A stretch of 64,000 nucleotides of DNA from an uncultured Eubacteriales bacterium (GCA_934479825.1 CAKSOW010000001.1:132008-196007); one strand, 5' to 3'. Positions 16,266 to 25,991 are shown, counted from the stretch's first letter. The notes: generated from the letters alone by a model not told the origin. Program-made: numbers and translations.

Positions 16266-16278
16266 TGTAATGATTACA
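16266..16278. promoter_or_regulatory. Fur/PerR-box-like palindrome TGTAATGATTACA upstream of perR
   Basis: Perfect 6-1-6 inverted repeat, 40 nt upstream of the perR start, in the divergent perR / glucan-synthase promoter region. Resembles the TTATAAT-N-ATTATAA PerR/Fur box class. Confidence 0.45.
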
Positions 16279-16355
16279 ATAATAGTATACACGTTTTTGG
16301 TAATTTGTCAAGGGGGTTTTGAAAAAAACTTTTATTTTTTTATAATTCCCGTTTT

Positions 16356-19300
16356 TTGCATACTTCGCATAAGTTTTCATGCCTTAGCCAATACTATGCC
16401 AAAACGGCACAAATAGCGGAAAGGCAGAGAACATTGACGTCAGAAAACGCACAAATATACCGAAAGAGCAAGCAAGCGGCCAAAGAGATCTTAGAAGAAT
16501 ATCCGGCCTGCGGAAAAATAGGTGCAAGCGCTCTTAAAAAACGGCTGTATGCCAATAAAGCCGTTCTTGCAAAAATCAAAAAGATCACACAGCGCATGGA
16601 TTCCGAAAATATGCCGCTTTCCGGCGGATACGAATGGATAGCGGACAACTATTATAGTATCGACGAAAAATACCGTTCGTTTGCACATTTTTATAAAAAA
16701 TATCCGTCTTTGCAGCGGGAAAACGTGACAGTTACGCCTTTTCCGCGCTTTTACATGTGCTTTATCCACTATCTGGAATATTTGCGGCGAAACGGATTGC
16801 CAAGTGACGCTTTGACGCTTGATGCGTTTTTTGCCGCTGCTTTTTCTGGTGAGAATTATCCCGACTATATCGATATTTACAGTTTTCCGCTTCTTTTTTC
16901 GGCGGCCGTGATCGACCGGATTGCCGCCCTTTGCGAAACGCTTTCAGCCGATTCCCGTTTGGCCGAAAAGATTGGAACAAAGATGTCGTTTTATTTTCAA
17001 ACCTTGCATATGCTCGACGCTTACCGGTTTGAAAAGGTGTTTGATTACAGCGAAACAGAAAGGTTATTAAATGCTGAACCGTCCGGTTTTTATCCGCAAA
17101 TGGATGAAATGACCAAAAATGACTACCGCAAACGCATTATGGCGCTTTCCAAAAAGGAAAATCTTTCCGAAACGGCCTTTGTCAAAGGTATTTACGAAAA
17201 AGCCTGCCAAGCGGAAACCGAGCGCATGCGGCACATTGGCGCATATCTGTATCCGCAAAGAAATTTGCTGCCCGGTGTGCTGTATTTTTCCTTATTAGCC
17301 GGTTTTACTGTCGGAATTACCTCTTATTTGTGTTTGCATACCCTTTGGGCGGTCTTTGTACTGTTTCCTGTCTGGGAGGCGGTAAAGACAATTCTTGACC
17401 GGTGTTTTGCCCGTTTTATCAAAGCACCGGAACTTCCTCGTTTAGAGATTCAGAAACTTCCAGATTCGGATGGAGTTTTAACGGTCATCACCACTCTGCT
17501 TGTCGGCGGTAAAAGCGATCATGAGATATTTTCACGCCTTGAAAAGACATATTTGTCCTGTGGAATGGAGAACACCTATTTTGCATTGCTCGGCGATTAT
17601 ACGGACAGTGTTCATCAAAGCGCGCCAAACGATGAAAAAATCTTAGCGTTCGCCATAGACCGGATCGGTGCTCTGAACGCCAAATACGGCAATCACTTCT
17701 CTCTTTTTATGCGCCCCCGTTCGTATTGTAAATCGCAGAATGCTTTTATGGGGTATGAACGCAAGCGCGGCGCCGTCATGCAGCTGACACATTTTTTGTG
17801 TACCGGAGAAAGCGCTTTTTTGGAAAACGACGCCATGATGAGTCAAGAAACCGCCAAAAAGATCCGGTATGTCATAACGCTTGATTCCGACACCAATCTG
17901 CCGCTTGACGGCGTAAAGGAGCTTGTCGGTACGATGCTTCATCCCTTGAACCGTCCGGTCATCGACAAGCAAAAGCACCGTGTAACGGCAGGGTATGGGA
18001 TTTTACAGCCGCGTGTAGGCCCGGAGTTGTCCGCCGCACGAAAAACAGCTTATTCGCGCGTCATGTGCGGCGTGGGCGGTACGGAGATATATTCCTTTGC
18101 CGCGTTTGATTTTTATCAGTCCCTATTCGGAAACGCCAATTTCTGCGGCAAAGGCATTTTTGATAAGTACGCGTTTGAAGAAACCGTAAACGCACCGGAA
18201 GTCGCCTTTCCGGAGGATAGCGTATTAAGCCACGACATTCTCGAAGGCGAACGCCTGCGCACGGCGCTTGTCAATAATCCGACCGTCACCGACGGATTTC
18301 CGAAGAATGAGCTTTCTTATTTTCGCCGTCATCACCGTTGGGTGCGCGGAGATGTACAGAATCTTGCGTTCATGGGAAGAACATTCCGGACAAGCGAGGG
18401 AAAACGTGTCAAGAACACGCTTTCTCCACTATCAAAATTCAAGCTTTTTGACAATGTGCGCCGTGAATGCGTTCCGGTTTTTGCCTTTTTCGGCCTGCTC
18501 TTGGCAAATTTTTTGCCAAGAGGTACGGCGTCCCTTGTGATTCTTGCCTCCGTTGCCTCCCTGTTATTGCCGCTCATCTTTGATTTTTTTACCCTGTTTC
18601 GCACATGGAGTTTCCAATGCGCCGCAAGGCGGTTCTTTTCCAAAGGCGTAACGGCCGGAATCTGGGAAAGCTTTCTTCGGTTTCTGCTATGTCTGTCAGC
18701 ACTCCCCAAAAACGCGCTTGTCACGCTGGACGCAATGATCCGGTCGCTTTGGCGGATGGCAGTGTCACGCCGGAATCTGTTAGAGTGGGTAACAGCGGCG
18801 CAAAGCGATTCGCAGAGTGACGACGGAATTCTGCACTATGTCCAAAAGAATCTTGCCGGTGCGGTAATTGGTGTACTGTTGTTTATCGTATCTCCCTATG
18901 GGATTTTAAAACTATTTGGCCTTATGTGGTTTTTCTTTCCGGCAGTCGCATGGGCCAGTGCAAAACCGGCAAAAGTGACACAGAAAGTACCGAGCACACA
19001 ACAAAAAGCGGTTCTGCGCACCTATACCTCCGACCTGTGGCGCATGTACGAAGCAACTGTCACTGAAAATGACAACTTTTTGCCGCCGGACAACATTCAG
19101 TTTGAACCGGAGCAAAAAATCGCACACCGCACTTCACCCACCAACATCGGCCTTTATCTTGCAAGCATACTTGCCGCGCGTGATTTCGGCTTTATAAATT
19201 CCGAAGAGATGTATCAGCGTTTAAACGAGACCGTCACTACGATTGAAGCGCTTCCCAAGTGGCACGGACATCTATATAACTGGTATGAAACGCAAACGTT

Positions 19301-20315
19301 AGGCTTACTTGAACCGCGCTATGTTTCGGCTGTTGACACGGGAAATTTACTTGCGTGTTTTCTTGTGACTTCCGAGGGAGTCAAAGAATATGCGTCAGAA
19401 AAGGCGGAATTATTGGATATTTCCGTGCGACTTAAAAAGTTATATGAGCAGACCGATTTAAAGATTATTTACAACACTGACCGCGATCTGTTTGTGCTGG
19501 GGATAACGTTTGATTCAGAGGGCGTTGCCCACAGAACCGGATATGCCTTTGATATGCTCATGAGCGAAGCGCGTACCCTGAGTTTTATCGCCGCCGCACG
19601 GCGCGATGTGCCGAAAAAGCACTGGAACGCGCTTTCACGTCCGCTTATCAAGCAGAAAGACCGAATCGGGATCGCCTCGTGGACAGGAACGGCGTTTGAA
19701 TACTTCATGCCTTCGCTGTTCATGCCTTCGCCGCGCGGATCCGTCCTGTATGAAGCCTTGCGGTTTGCATTCCGTGCGCAAAGGGAGCGCACGGCCGCTT
19801 TGCCAAACGGAAAAAAGGTATGGGGAATTTCCGAAAGCGGATTTTATGCTTTTGACAAACAAAATAATTACGGCTATCAGGCGTTCGGTGTGCCTCTGTT
19901 GGGATATAAGCGCGGTTTGGAAAAAGACCTTGTCATTTCGCCGTATTCGTCCTTTTTAATGCTGACGCTTGACTTTACACTGCCGCTTGCCAATTTGGAA
20001 CGTCTAAAAGAATACGGTGCCTATGGGAAACTTGGATTCTATGAAGCGGTTGATTTTACACCTTCGCGAGCAGGCAAAGAGGGAAGGGGTAAAATCGTGC
20101 AAAGCTCCATGGCGCACCATGTTGGTATGAGCATTCTTGCATCAGCCAATGCCTGTTTGGATAACTGTATGGTGCGGCGTTTTCTTTCTGATCCGGTCAT
20201 GAAAAGTGCCGTCAGTCTTTTGGAGGAAAAAATTCCGGTCAACGCCGTGATCCGGCGTGTAAAAATGTGTCGGAACGAACCGGAACGTTCAAAACGGCCG
20301 GATTTTTTGAGATAA
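16356..20315 (+). CDS. Membrane GT84-type cyclic beta-1,2-glucan synthase-like protein (glycosyltransferase plus C-terminal (alpha/alpha)6 glucan-processing-like domain; no GH94 phosphorylase domain)
   Basis: Motifs GYERKRGAVMQL, ITLDSDT and RHHRWVRGDVQN match the NdvB/Cgs glycosyltransferase core. Multiple TM segments are present. C-terminal HRTSPTNIGLYLASILAARDFGFI ... WHGHLYNWYETQT. The TTG start at 16356 is uncertain. Confidence 0.75.
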   Translation: MHTSHKFSCLSQYYAKTAQIAERQRTLTSENAQIYRKSKQAAKEILEEYPACGKIGASALKKRLYANKAVLAKIKKITQRMDSENMPLSGGYEWIADNYYSIDEKYRSFAHFYKKYPSLQRENVTVTPFPRFYMCFIHYLEYLRRNGLPSDALTLDAFFAAAFSGENYPDYIDIYSFPLLFSAAVIDRIAALCETLSADSRLAEKIGTKMSFYFQTLHMLDAYRFEKVFDYSETERLLNAEPSGFYPQMDEMTKNDYRKRIMALSKKENLSETAFVKGIYEKACQAETERMRHIGAYLYPQRNLLPGVLYFSLLAGFTVGITSYLCLHTLWAVFVLFPVWEAVKTILDRCFARFIKAPELPRLEIQKLPDSDGVLTVITTLLVGGKSDHEIFSRLEKTYLSCGMENTYFALLGDYTDSVHQSAPNDEKILAFAIDRIGALNAKYGNHFSLFMRPRSYCKSQNAFMGYERKRGAVMQLTHFLCTGESAFLENDAMMSQETAKKIRYVITLDSDTNLPLDGVKELVGTMLHPLNRPVIDKQKHRVTAGYGILQPRVGPELSAARKTAYSRVMCGVGGTEIYSFAAFDFYQSLFGNANFCGKGIFDKYAFEETVNAPEVAFPEDSVLSHDILEGERLRTALVNNPTVTDGFPKNELSYFRRHHRWVRGDVQNLAFMGRTFRTSEGKRVKNTLSPLSKFKLFDNVRRECVPVFAFFGLLLANFLPRGTASLVILASVASLLLPLIFDFFTLFRTWSFQCAARRFFSKGVTAGIWESFLRFLLCLSALPKNALVTLDAMIRSLWRMAVSRRNLLEWVTAAQSDSQSDDGILHYVQKNLAGAVIGVLLFIVSPYGILKLFGLMWFFFPAVAWASAKPAKVTQKVPSTQQKAVLRTYTSDLWRMYEATVTENDNFLPPDNIQFEPEQKIAHRTSPTNIGLYLASILAARDFGFINSEEMYQRLNETVTTIEALPKWHGHLYNWYETQTLGLLEPRYVSAVDTGNLLACFLVTSEGVKEYASEKAELLDISVRLKKLYEQTDLKIIYNTDRDLFVLGITFDSEGVAHRTGYAFDMLMSEARTLSFIAAARRDVPKKHWNALSRPLIKQKDRIGIASWTGTAFEYFMPSLFMPSPRGSVLYEALRFAFRAQRERTAALPNGKKVWGISESGFYAFDKQNNYGYQAFGVPLLGYKRGLEKDLVISPYSSFLMLTLDFTLPLANLERLKEYGAYGKLGFYEAVDFTPSRAGKEGRGKIVQSSMAHHVGMSILASANACLDNCMVRRFLSDPVMKSAVSLLEEKIPVNAVIRRVKMCRNEPERSKRPDFLR

Positions 20316-20350
20316 ATAAGAAATATTTGACAGGGTTATAAAAAATGCAA

Positions 20351-20400
20351 GGAAAGAATCGGTGGAAAGCTCTGATTTATGCCGGTTCTTTCCTATTTAT
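20351..20400 (+). terminator. Intrinsic terminator after the glucan-synthase-like gene
   Basis: GGAAAGAATCGG...CCGGTTCTTTCC stem (20351..20393), followed by TATTTATTTAT. Confidence 0.6.
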
Positions 20401-20550
20401 TTATACTGAAATGTTAAGGTATATGTTAAAAATTGCAAACTTTTGTCTTTTCTGTGTGATTTTACAGTAAATTAAAAAATAGTTCGACCGAATATGCTTT
20501 TATTTTTGTCTAATATGCACTATAATTCTACATAAAAAAGGAGGAACTTC

Positions 20551-21228
20551 ATGCCGAAACAATTACCTGCTCCCATTGACGGAAATTTACGTAAATTTCA
20601 GCTTCGCGTGCCGGAAGTTATCCGCAAGTGCAGCGGAATTGTCGTTTTTGGAAAAAGAATCAAATCCCTTGTTTTTTCCACGGATTTGTGCATCATAAAA
20701 AATGTCAATGCTGACGCGATCATTGCCGTTTATCCCTTTACACCGCAGCCGGTCATCACGCAGGCGCTCTTGCTTGCCGCAGATATTCCGGTATTTGCCG
20801 GCGTCGGAGGCGGATTAACCGGAGGCCAAAGAGTGGTCAACCTGGCCATGTTTGCCGAAATGCAGGGAGCGACAGGCGTTGTCGTCAACGCCCCGACGCT
20901 CAACACGGTGCTTCGCAGTGTGACGGAGACAATTGATATTCCCACAATTGTCACGGTTGTAAGAGAAGACGAAGATATTGCCGCCCGTGTGGAGGCAGGA
21001 GCCGCGATCTTAAATGTTTCCGCGGCATCTGCAACACCGAAAGTGGTGCGTATGATCAAAAAACAGTTCCCGAAATTACCGGTCATCGCAACAGGCGGTC
21101 CTTCCGATGAAAGTATTCTCGAAACCATCCACGCCGGCGCAAACGCCATTACGTGGACACCTCCGTCAAACGGCGAAATCTTCAAGGAGATTATGACGGC
21201 TTACCGTGAAAACCGTGAGCATCCGTAA
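20551..21228 (+). CDS. Predicted phosphate-binding TIM-barrel enzyme of unknown specificity
   Basis: AAGGAGG RBS. Alternating beta/alpha pattern with glycine-rich loops VFAGVGGGLTGG and LPVIATGGPS, typical of ribulose-phosphate-binding barrels. I do not recognise a specific family. Confidence 0.6.
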   Translation: MPKQLPAPIDGNLRKFQLRVPEVIRKCSGIVVFGKRIKSLVFSTDLCIIKNVNADAIIAVYPFTPQPVITQALLLAADIPVFAGVGGGLTGGQRVVNLAMFAEMQGATGVVVNAPTLNTVLRSVTETIDIPTIVTVVREDEDIAARVEAGAAILNVSAASATPKVVRMIKKQFPKLPVIATGGPSDESILETIHAGANAITWTPPSNGEIFKEIMTAYRENREHP

Positions 21229-21278
21229 TTTTCGCATTTTCCTATTCTAATTTTCCGCAAAATATCCGGAGGAACATC

Positions 21279-23420
21279 ATGAACATTTGCTTTATATGCG
21301 ATCTGCATTTAGGCTACAATAAAAACACTGTACAATATGAAGCGTTCGATTATGCTTGCGCCGACATTTCCCGTAAACACCCCGATTTGGTTGTTTGTGC
21401 CGGTGACATCACTTCGGACGGCAATATTTTTGCCGCCAAACGCTTTATCAAAAAGATACATGCGCTCGGCATTCCGTTTGTTATTCTGCCGGGCAATTCC
21501 GATTACCGAACCGAAAAAAATATCCCTTTCATAAAACAACTTGCTTCGCCCTGCGTCAACCGCTTTGAGAATCTTACGGTTTTTGCTGTCAACGACGCTT
21601 CCGGAAAGATAAGCCCGGAAACCTATAATCTCATAAATGACGCAAAACAAGGCGATATCATTGTCATGCACCATCCGGCAGACAGTCTCGCAGAGTCCGA
21701 ACGCGAACGTTTCAAGACTTGGCGGAGCGCTCATCCCGATACGCTTGTCTTTTACGGACATTTACATAAAAGCGGCATTTCCGGCAACGATTATTCCTTG
21801 CCGGCGCTTGACCCGGATAAGGCAATCGGCGAAAATCCGAGTTTCCTTTATTTCAATACCGAAACAAAACAGAGTGAAAAAGTCTATTTCTTCTGCCCGA
21901 TGCCGTCCGATCTGCCAAAATACATCGGCATTTCCTGCTTTGACCCGTTTGCTGATATTGATTTTGCGGCTCAGAACGGCTTGCGGTGTATTGAATTACG
22001 GCCCAACTGCTTGGATTTGCCCCAAGAAGAACTGCTTTCCCATATTTTAAACTGGCGTAGAAACGGCGGTAATAATTTAGCCATGCATGCGCCGGAGGTT
22101 GGCTTTGCCGGCGGATTGACCGCAGACACCGAAAAGTGGGATGCGTTTGTCAAGCTTGCCATGTATCTCGGCGCAGACCGGGTGACTCTGCATGTTCCTG
22201 CCGCGTCACTCGAAACTATCCGCAAGAACCGTGAAGCGCTCGAACGGATCGTGGATTTTCTGGCGCGCCGTTTTGCTATGTTGCCGAACAAATGCATTGT
22301 TGGCGTGGAAAACATGCATATGACCTCCAAAGAACGTCCCGATACCACGCGCCGTTTCGGCTATCTGCCCGAAGAATGCGTTGCCTTTATGAAACGCTTG
22401 CAGGAGCGGTGCCCGCGTGCCATAGGGCTGAATTTAGATATCGGGCATGCAAGAAACAATTTGCCTTACCAAGAAAAATACCCGCTTGGCACATGGTATG
22501 CCGAAACCGGACGCTTTGCTATCGGCTACCATCTTCACCAGGTGATCCGTACACCGGACGGCTTGGAAAACCATACAGCGTTTACCGAACCGTATGGCGC
22601 GCTCATTTCGCTTGCCTCGTTCTTCCGTTGTTGGAACATGGGCGTTTTGAATAAGGCGCCGGTTATCTTTGAAATCCGCGGTCACGGTGCTTATGAACCA
22701 TCTATCCGTATGGTCGAACGCGAAAGCACACGTAAGGTATTTGACCTGCATACACATACGCTTTATTCGGCCTGCGGAATCGACCGTCCGGAAAAAGTTA
22801 TTTCGACGGCAATTGAAAACGGCGTAAAATTGCTTGGTATTACCGACCACAGCTATGGCATCGGCGACAGAAAAGCCGGATATATCAAAAAAATCCGAGA
22901 GCTTTCTCCCAAGTATATTGACCGTATCAGGGTGTTATGCGGTATTGAAATTCCGACAACGCCGAATTTGTTTGATATCCCGAACCCCGACGAGATTGCC
23001 GATTGCGATTATGCGCTCATTGAACATGTTTCCGATAAGGGAAGTCTTTCGTATGATGATCCGATCGGTTTCTGCAAAAAATTGAAGATTCGCTGCGGCA
23101 TTGCCCATACCGATTTGTTTGCTTACGCCGCCGAGCGCGGTCTTGATCCGCTTGAATTTTTCAAGCAGTTAGCAGACGCCGGAATTTTCTGGGAAATGAA
23201 TCTGTCGTATGACAGTGTTCACAAATTCCGGAAACATGCTTATGTAGACGATTTTCTGAATGACGAAAAGAAGCAGAAGATCGTTCTTGAATCCGGTCTT
23301 TATATCGGAATCGGCTCGGATTGCCACCGAAAAGACGAATATCCGGCGGCACGGTTATATGAAATGTACGATTTTCTCGTACAGAAAGGTTTTCCGACGG
23401 CAGATCGCTACTTTTTATAA
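21279..23420 (+). CDS. Three-domain fusion: calcineurin-like metallophosphoesterase, xylose-isomerase-like (AP endonuclease 2) TIM barrel, PHP-family phosphoesterase
   Basis: N-terminal CDLHLGY, GDITSDG, LPGNSDY and GHLH motifs (metallophosphoesterase). Middle NLAMHAPE...VGVENMH...LNLDIGHA (sugar-phosphate isomerase/epimerase fold). C-terminal FDLHTHTLYS...ITDHSYG...IAHTD...GSDCH (PHP). Confidence 0.8.
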   Translation: MNICFICDLHLGYNKNTVQYEAFDYACADISRKHPDLVVCAGDITSDGNIFAAKRFIKKIHALGIPFVILPGNSDYRTEKNIPFIKQLASPCVNRFENLTVFAVNDASGKISPETYNLINDAKQGDIIVMHHPADSLAESERERFKTWRSAHPDTLVFYGHLHKSGISGNDYSLPALDPDKAIGENPSFLYFNTETKQSEKVYFFCPMPSDLPKYIGISCFDPFADIDFAAQNGLRCIELRPNCLDLPQEELLSHILNWRRNGGNNLAMHAPEVGFAGGLTADTEKWDAFVKLAMYLGADRVTLHVPAASLETIRKNREALERIVDFLARRFAMLPNKCIVGVENMHMTSKERPDTTRRFGYLPEECVAFMKRLQERCPRAIGLNLDIGHARNNLPYQEKYPLGTWYAETGRFAIGYHLHQVIRTPDGLENHTAFTEPYGALISLASFFRCWNMGVLNKAPVIFEIRGHGAYEPSIRMVERESTRKVFDLHTHTLYSACGIDRPEKVISTAIENGVKLLGITDHSYGIGDRKAGYIKKIRELSPKYIDRIRVLCGIEIPTTPNLFDIPNPDEIADCDYALIEHVSDKGSLSYDDPIGFCKKLKIRCGIAHTDLFAYAAERGLDPLEFFKQLADAGIFWEMNLSYDSVHKFRKHAYVDDFLNDEKKQKIVLESGLYIGIGSDCHRKDEYPAARLYEMYDFLVQKGFPTADRYFL

Positions 23421-23451
23421 TCTTCTGTGAATCCAAAAAATTCTGTTCTTG

Positions 23452-23497
23452 GCGCGCGAGGGTCTGAAACGCAGACTTTCGCGCGTTCTTTTATTTT
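23452..23497 (+). terminator. Intrinsic terminator after the fusion gene; its hairpin is related to the H1 hairpin of repeat copy E
   Basis: GCGCGCGAGGGTCTGAAACGCAGACTTTCGCGCG followed by TTCTTTTATTTTT. Shares the GGTCTGAA..GCAGACT inner stem with 30270..30307. Confidence 0.7.
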
Positions 23498-23540
23498 TGC
23501 TTTGCAGAAAATGCTTTCTAGTTCTTGCTTAATTTTTATC

Positions 23541-23569
23541 TTGACTGATTCCGCGAAATGTGGTATCAT
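23541..23569 (+). promoter_or_regulatory. Putative promoter of the exonuclease-cca pair (TTGACT-N17-TGgTATCAT)
   Basis: TTGACT at 23541..23546, TATCAT at 23564..23569, preceded by TGG. Confidence 0.5.
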
Positions 23570-23597
23570 AATATTATCTTTGAAAATGAGGATAAAT

Positions 23598-24602
23598 ATG
23601 AACTATATAGTTTTGGATATGGAATGGAATCAACCGTTGCCGGGCGTAAAACTGGAATATGAAAATGACCGCTGCCTTGCCAATGAGATCATTCAGATCG
23701 GCGCGGTAAAGATGAATGATACGTTAGAAATCATCGATACCTTTGAAATCAATATCAAACCTCAGAAATGGAAGCATATCAACCATAATGTCCGCAAGCT
23801 TACCGGTCTTGACGATACCTTGCTTGCCGATGCTGTCTCGATCGACAGCGCGATCGAATCTTTCCGGACATGGTGCGGTCAGAATTTTGTCTTTTTAACC
23901 TGGGGCTATGACGATATCGGCGTTTTAGGAAGCAACCTTACTTACTTCGGGCTGCCCACCGATTGGCTGCCGAATTTTTATAACCTGCAAATGATTTTCT
24001 GCGCACAGACGGAAAACCTCAATAAACAGTATTCGCTCGCTTATGCGGTCAATCATTTCAGGATCCCTTTGGATAAACCTCTACATGACGCTTTGACGGA
24101 TGCGTATTATACCGCGCTTGTCTGTGCAGCCTTGGATATCAAAAAAGGAATCCAGGGCTACCGGGCTATGGTTTTCAAGGATAATACCATTCCGGAACAT
24201 ATGAAAAATATCCGTTATAAGCGAAATTACCGCGCTGTTGCAAGCTATGATAAAATCTTATCGTCAACCAAGATCAAATGCCCCGAATGTCCGGATTGCG
24301 CAAGACCGTTAGAGCATTTGCAAGTGACGCAAAACGGCATTTTCAATTTGCTGACGCTAGGGGAATGCCCGGAACATGGCGGATTTGCGGAATTGTTAAA
24401 GGTCAATAAAACGCCGGATGAACAGTTCTGTGCCACCGAGATGTTTTTCGCGCTTGACCGCTATAATCGGCCATATTTCCAAAATAAAGCCAAGAAAATG
24501 CGCTTTTCCGACGAACGCCGCCGTAAAAAGACTGCCAATGCCGCAAGGTCCGAAAAAAGCACCGGCATACTATCCGTACATGGCGCAAAAGCGCATTCGT
24601 GA
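23598..24602 (+). CDS. DEDDh 3'-5' exonuclease domain protein with C-terminal Cys-rich (zinc-ribbon-like) region
   Basis: Start MNYIVLDMEWNQ (DxE exo motif I) after a GAGGA RBS. HDALTDAYYTA (exo III, DEDDh). CPECPDC...CPEHG. The long N-terminal extension in the ORF track (from 23427) has no RBS and spans the promoter. Confidence 0.85.
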   Translation: MNYIVLDMEWNQPLPGVKLEYENDRCLANEIIQIGAVKMNDTLEIIDTFEINIKPQKWKHINHNVRKLTGLDDTLLADAVSIDSAIESFRTWCGQNFVFLTWGYDDIGVLGSNLTYFGLPTDWLPNFYNLQMIFCAQTENLNKQYSLAYAVNHFRIPLDKPLHDALTDAYYTALVCAALDIKKGIQGYRAMVFKDNTIPEHMKNIRYKRNYRAVASYDKILSSTKIKCPECPDCARPLEHLQVTQNGIFNLLTLGECPEHGGFAELLKVNKTPDEQFCATEMFFALDRYNRPYFQNKAKKMRFSDERRRKKTANAARSEKSTGILSVHGAKAHS

Positions 24603-24606
24603 ACGT

Positions 24607-25842
24607 ATGAAACGCTTTGAGATGCACCTGCCGGCTGACATACGGAATGTTTTGACAGTCTTACATGCCGCAGGATTGGAAGCCTATGTAGTCGGCGGTT
24701 CGGTTCGCGATGCCGTTATGGGACTTGTGCCGCACGATTTTGATGTGACTACCGGCGCTCTGCCGGAACAGACCAAACAGCTGTTTTTGGCAAAAGGCCG
24801 AAAAGTTATTGAAACCGGTATGAAACATGGGACGCTGACAGTTTTATACGGTACAGACCCAATTGAAATTACCACATTCCGCATAGACGGCACTTATGCC
24901 GATGCACGCCATCCGGAGCATGTGAGTTTCACAAAAAATCTTTCAGAAGATTTGCGACGCCGCGATTTTACAGTCAATGCGCTTGCCTATGCGCCGGAAA
25001 CAGGACTTATCGATGTATTTGACGGCCTTGCAGACATAGAGCGCAAGATCTTACGCTGTATCGGAAATCCGCGTGAACGCTTTTCCGAAGATGCTTTGCG
25101 AATCTTGCGCGCCTTGCGGTTTTCTGCCAAGCTTGATTTTTCGATTGAACCGGAAACAGCACGGGCGGCTATCGAATTGCGCGGCTTGTTGGAACGCATT
25201 TCTGCCGAACGAATCACTTCTGAGCTTGAAAAAATGTTTGAAACCGGCTATCCGAACCGATTGGCTGCGATATTAGCGGATTTCCGTCCGATTCTGTCGC
25301 AGATTTTTCCGGAAATCAGGCAAGTGTCCGCAGAACCTTACAAAGCGCTGTGCTGCCTTACAGCAAAGCTCCCCACCGGCAATAAACAAGCGAATTGTGC
25401 AAATCTGCGGTTTGCATATTTTATCGCCGCAAGCGGTATTGGTGACGCGATGCTTAAACGTTTACGCGTACCGAATGTCTTTTCCGCACGGGTAAGAGCG
25501 CTTACAGAAATCCTGCCATATGCCGCACAAACCGGAGACCGCATCGCGATGCGCCGTTTATTGTCTCGTTTCGGCGAAAACACTTGTCGTGACGCGGCGG
25601 CCATATGTTCCGCAAGCGGAGAAAATCCGAAGTTTTCTGTTCTTTTGGAAAAGTGCCTGACAGACGGTGATTGCGTTTCGGTCGCGTCGCTTGCCGCTGA
25701 CGGGAAAGACCTTGCCGCGCTTGGATTAAAAGGCGTTGCAATCGGCAAGGCATTAAATGCCGCTTTGCAGGCCGTTATGGAGGAAAAGATTACAAATTCC
25801 CGATCGGAGTTATTGGAGTATATGAAAGAACACTGCTGTTGA
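24607..25842 (+). CDS. cca: CCA-adding tRNA nucleotidyltransferase
   Basis: Start MKRFEMHLPADIRNVL. YVVGGSVRDAVMGLVPHDFDVTT and TFRIDGTYADARHP motifs of the class II nucleotidyltransferase (PolyA_pol) family. Confidence 0.9.
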   Translation: MKRFEMHLPADIRNVLTVLHAAGLEAYVVGGSVRDAVMGLVPHDFDVTTGALPEQTKQLFLAKGRKVIETGMKHGTLTVLYGTDPIEITTFRIDGTYADARHPEHVSFTKNLSEDLRRRDFTVNALAYAPETGLIDVFDGLADIERKILRCIGNPRERFSEDALRILRALRFSAKLDFSIEPETARAAIELRGLLERISAERITSELEKMFETGYPNRLAAILADFRPILSQIFPEIRQVSAEPYKALCCLTAKLPTGNKQANCANLRFAYFIAASGIGDAMLKRLRVPNVFSARVRALTEILPYAAQTGDRIAMRRLLSRFGENTCRDAAAICSASGENPKFSVLLEKCLTDGDCVSVASLAADGKDLAALGLKGVAIGKALNAALQAVMEEKITNSRSELLEYMKEHCC

Positions 25843-25867
25843 AAAACGAAAGACAGCGGTGTTTTTT
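25831..25867 (+). terminator. Intrinsic terminator overlapping the cca stop codon
   Basis: CACTGCTGT...ACAGCGGTG stem followed by TTTTTT. Confidence 0.65.
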
Positions 25868-25922
25868 AACGGAATCGAATGTGATTTTTCGGTGAAATTG
25901 TGTGAAAGATTGCAAAAAGTCA

Positions 25923-25964
25923 TTGACAGCGAATAATCTTTGAGTATAATAATTAACGTGTTAA
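25923..25964 (+). promoter_or_regulatory. Promoter (TTGACA-N16-TATAAT) plus palindromic operator TTAACGTGTTAA of the marR-ABC exporter operon
   Basis: TTGACA at 25923..25928, TATAAT at 25945..25950. The perfect inverted repeat TTAAC-GT-GTTAA at 25953..25964 covers the predicted transcription start, a typical MarR autoregulatory layout. Confidence 0.6.
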
Positions 25965-25991
25965 TAATAAACCGTATAACAAAAAGAAAGG

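Noticed and set aside
23427-23597. N-terminal extensions of the exonuclease ORF (23427) and of the cca ORF (24418..24606)
   Set aside because: The extensions cover a terminator and promoter, or the preceding gene. Internal ATG codons with proper RBS and family-typical N-termini (MNYIVLDMEWNQ, MKRFEMHLPAD) are much better starts.
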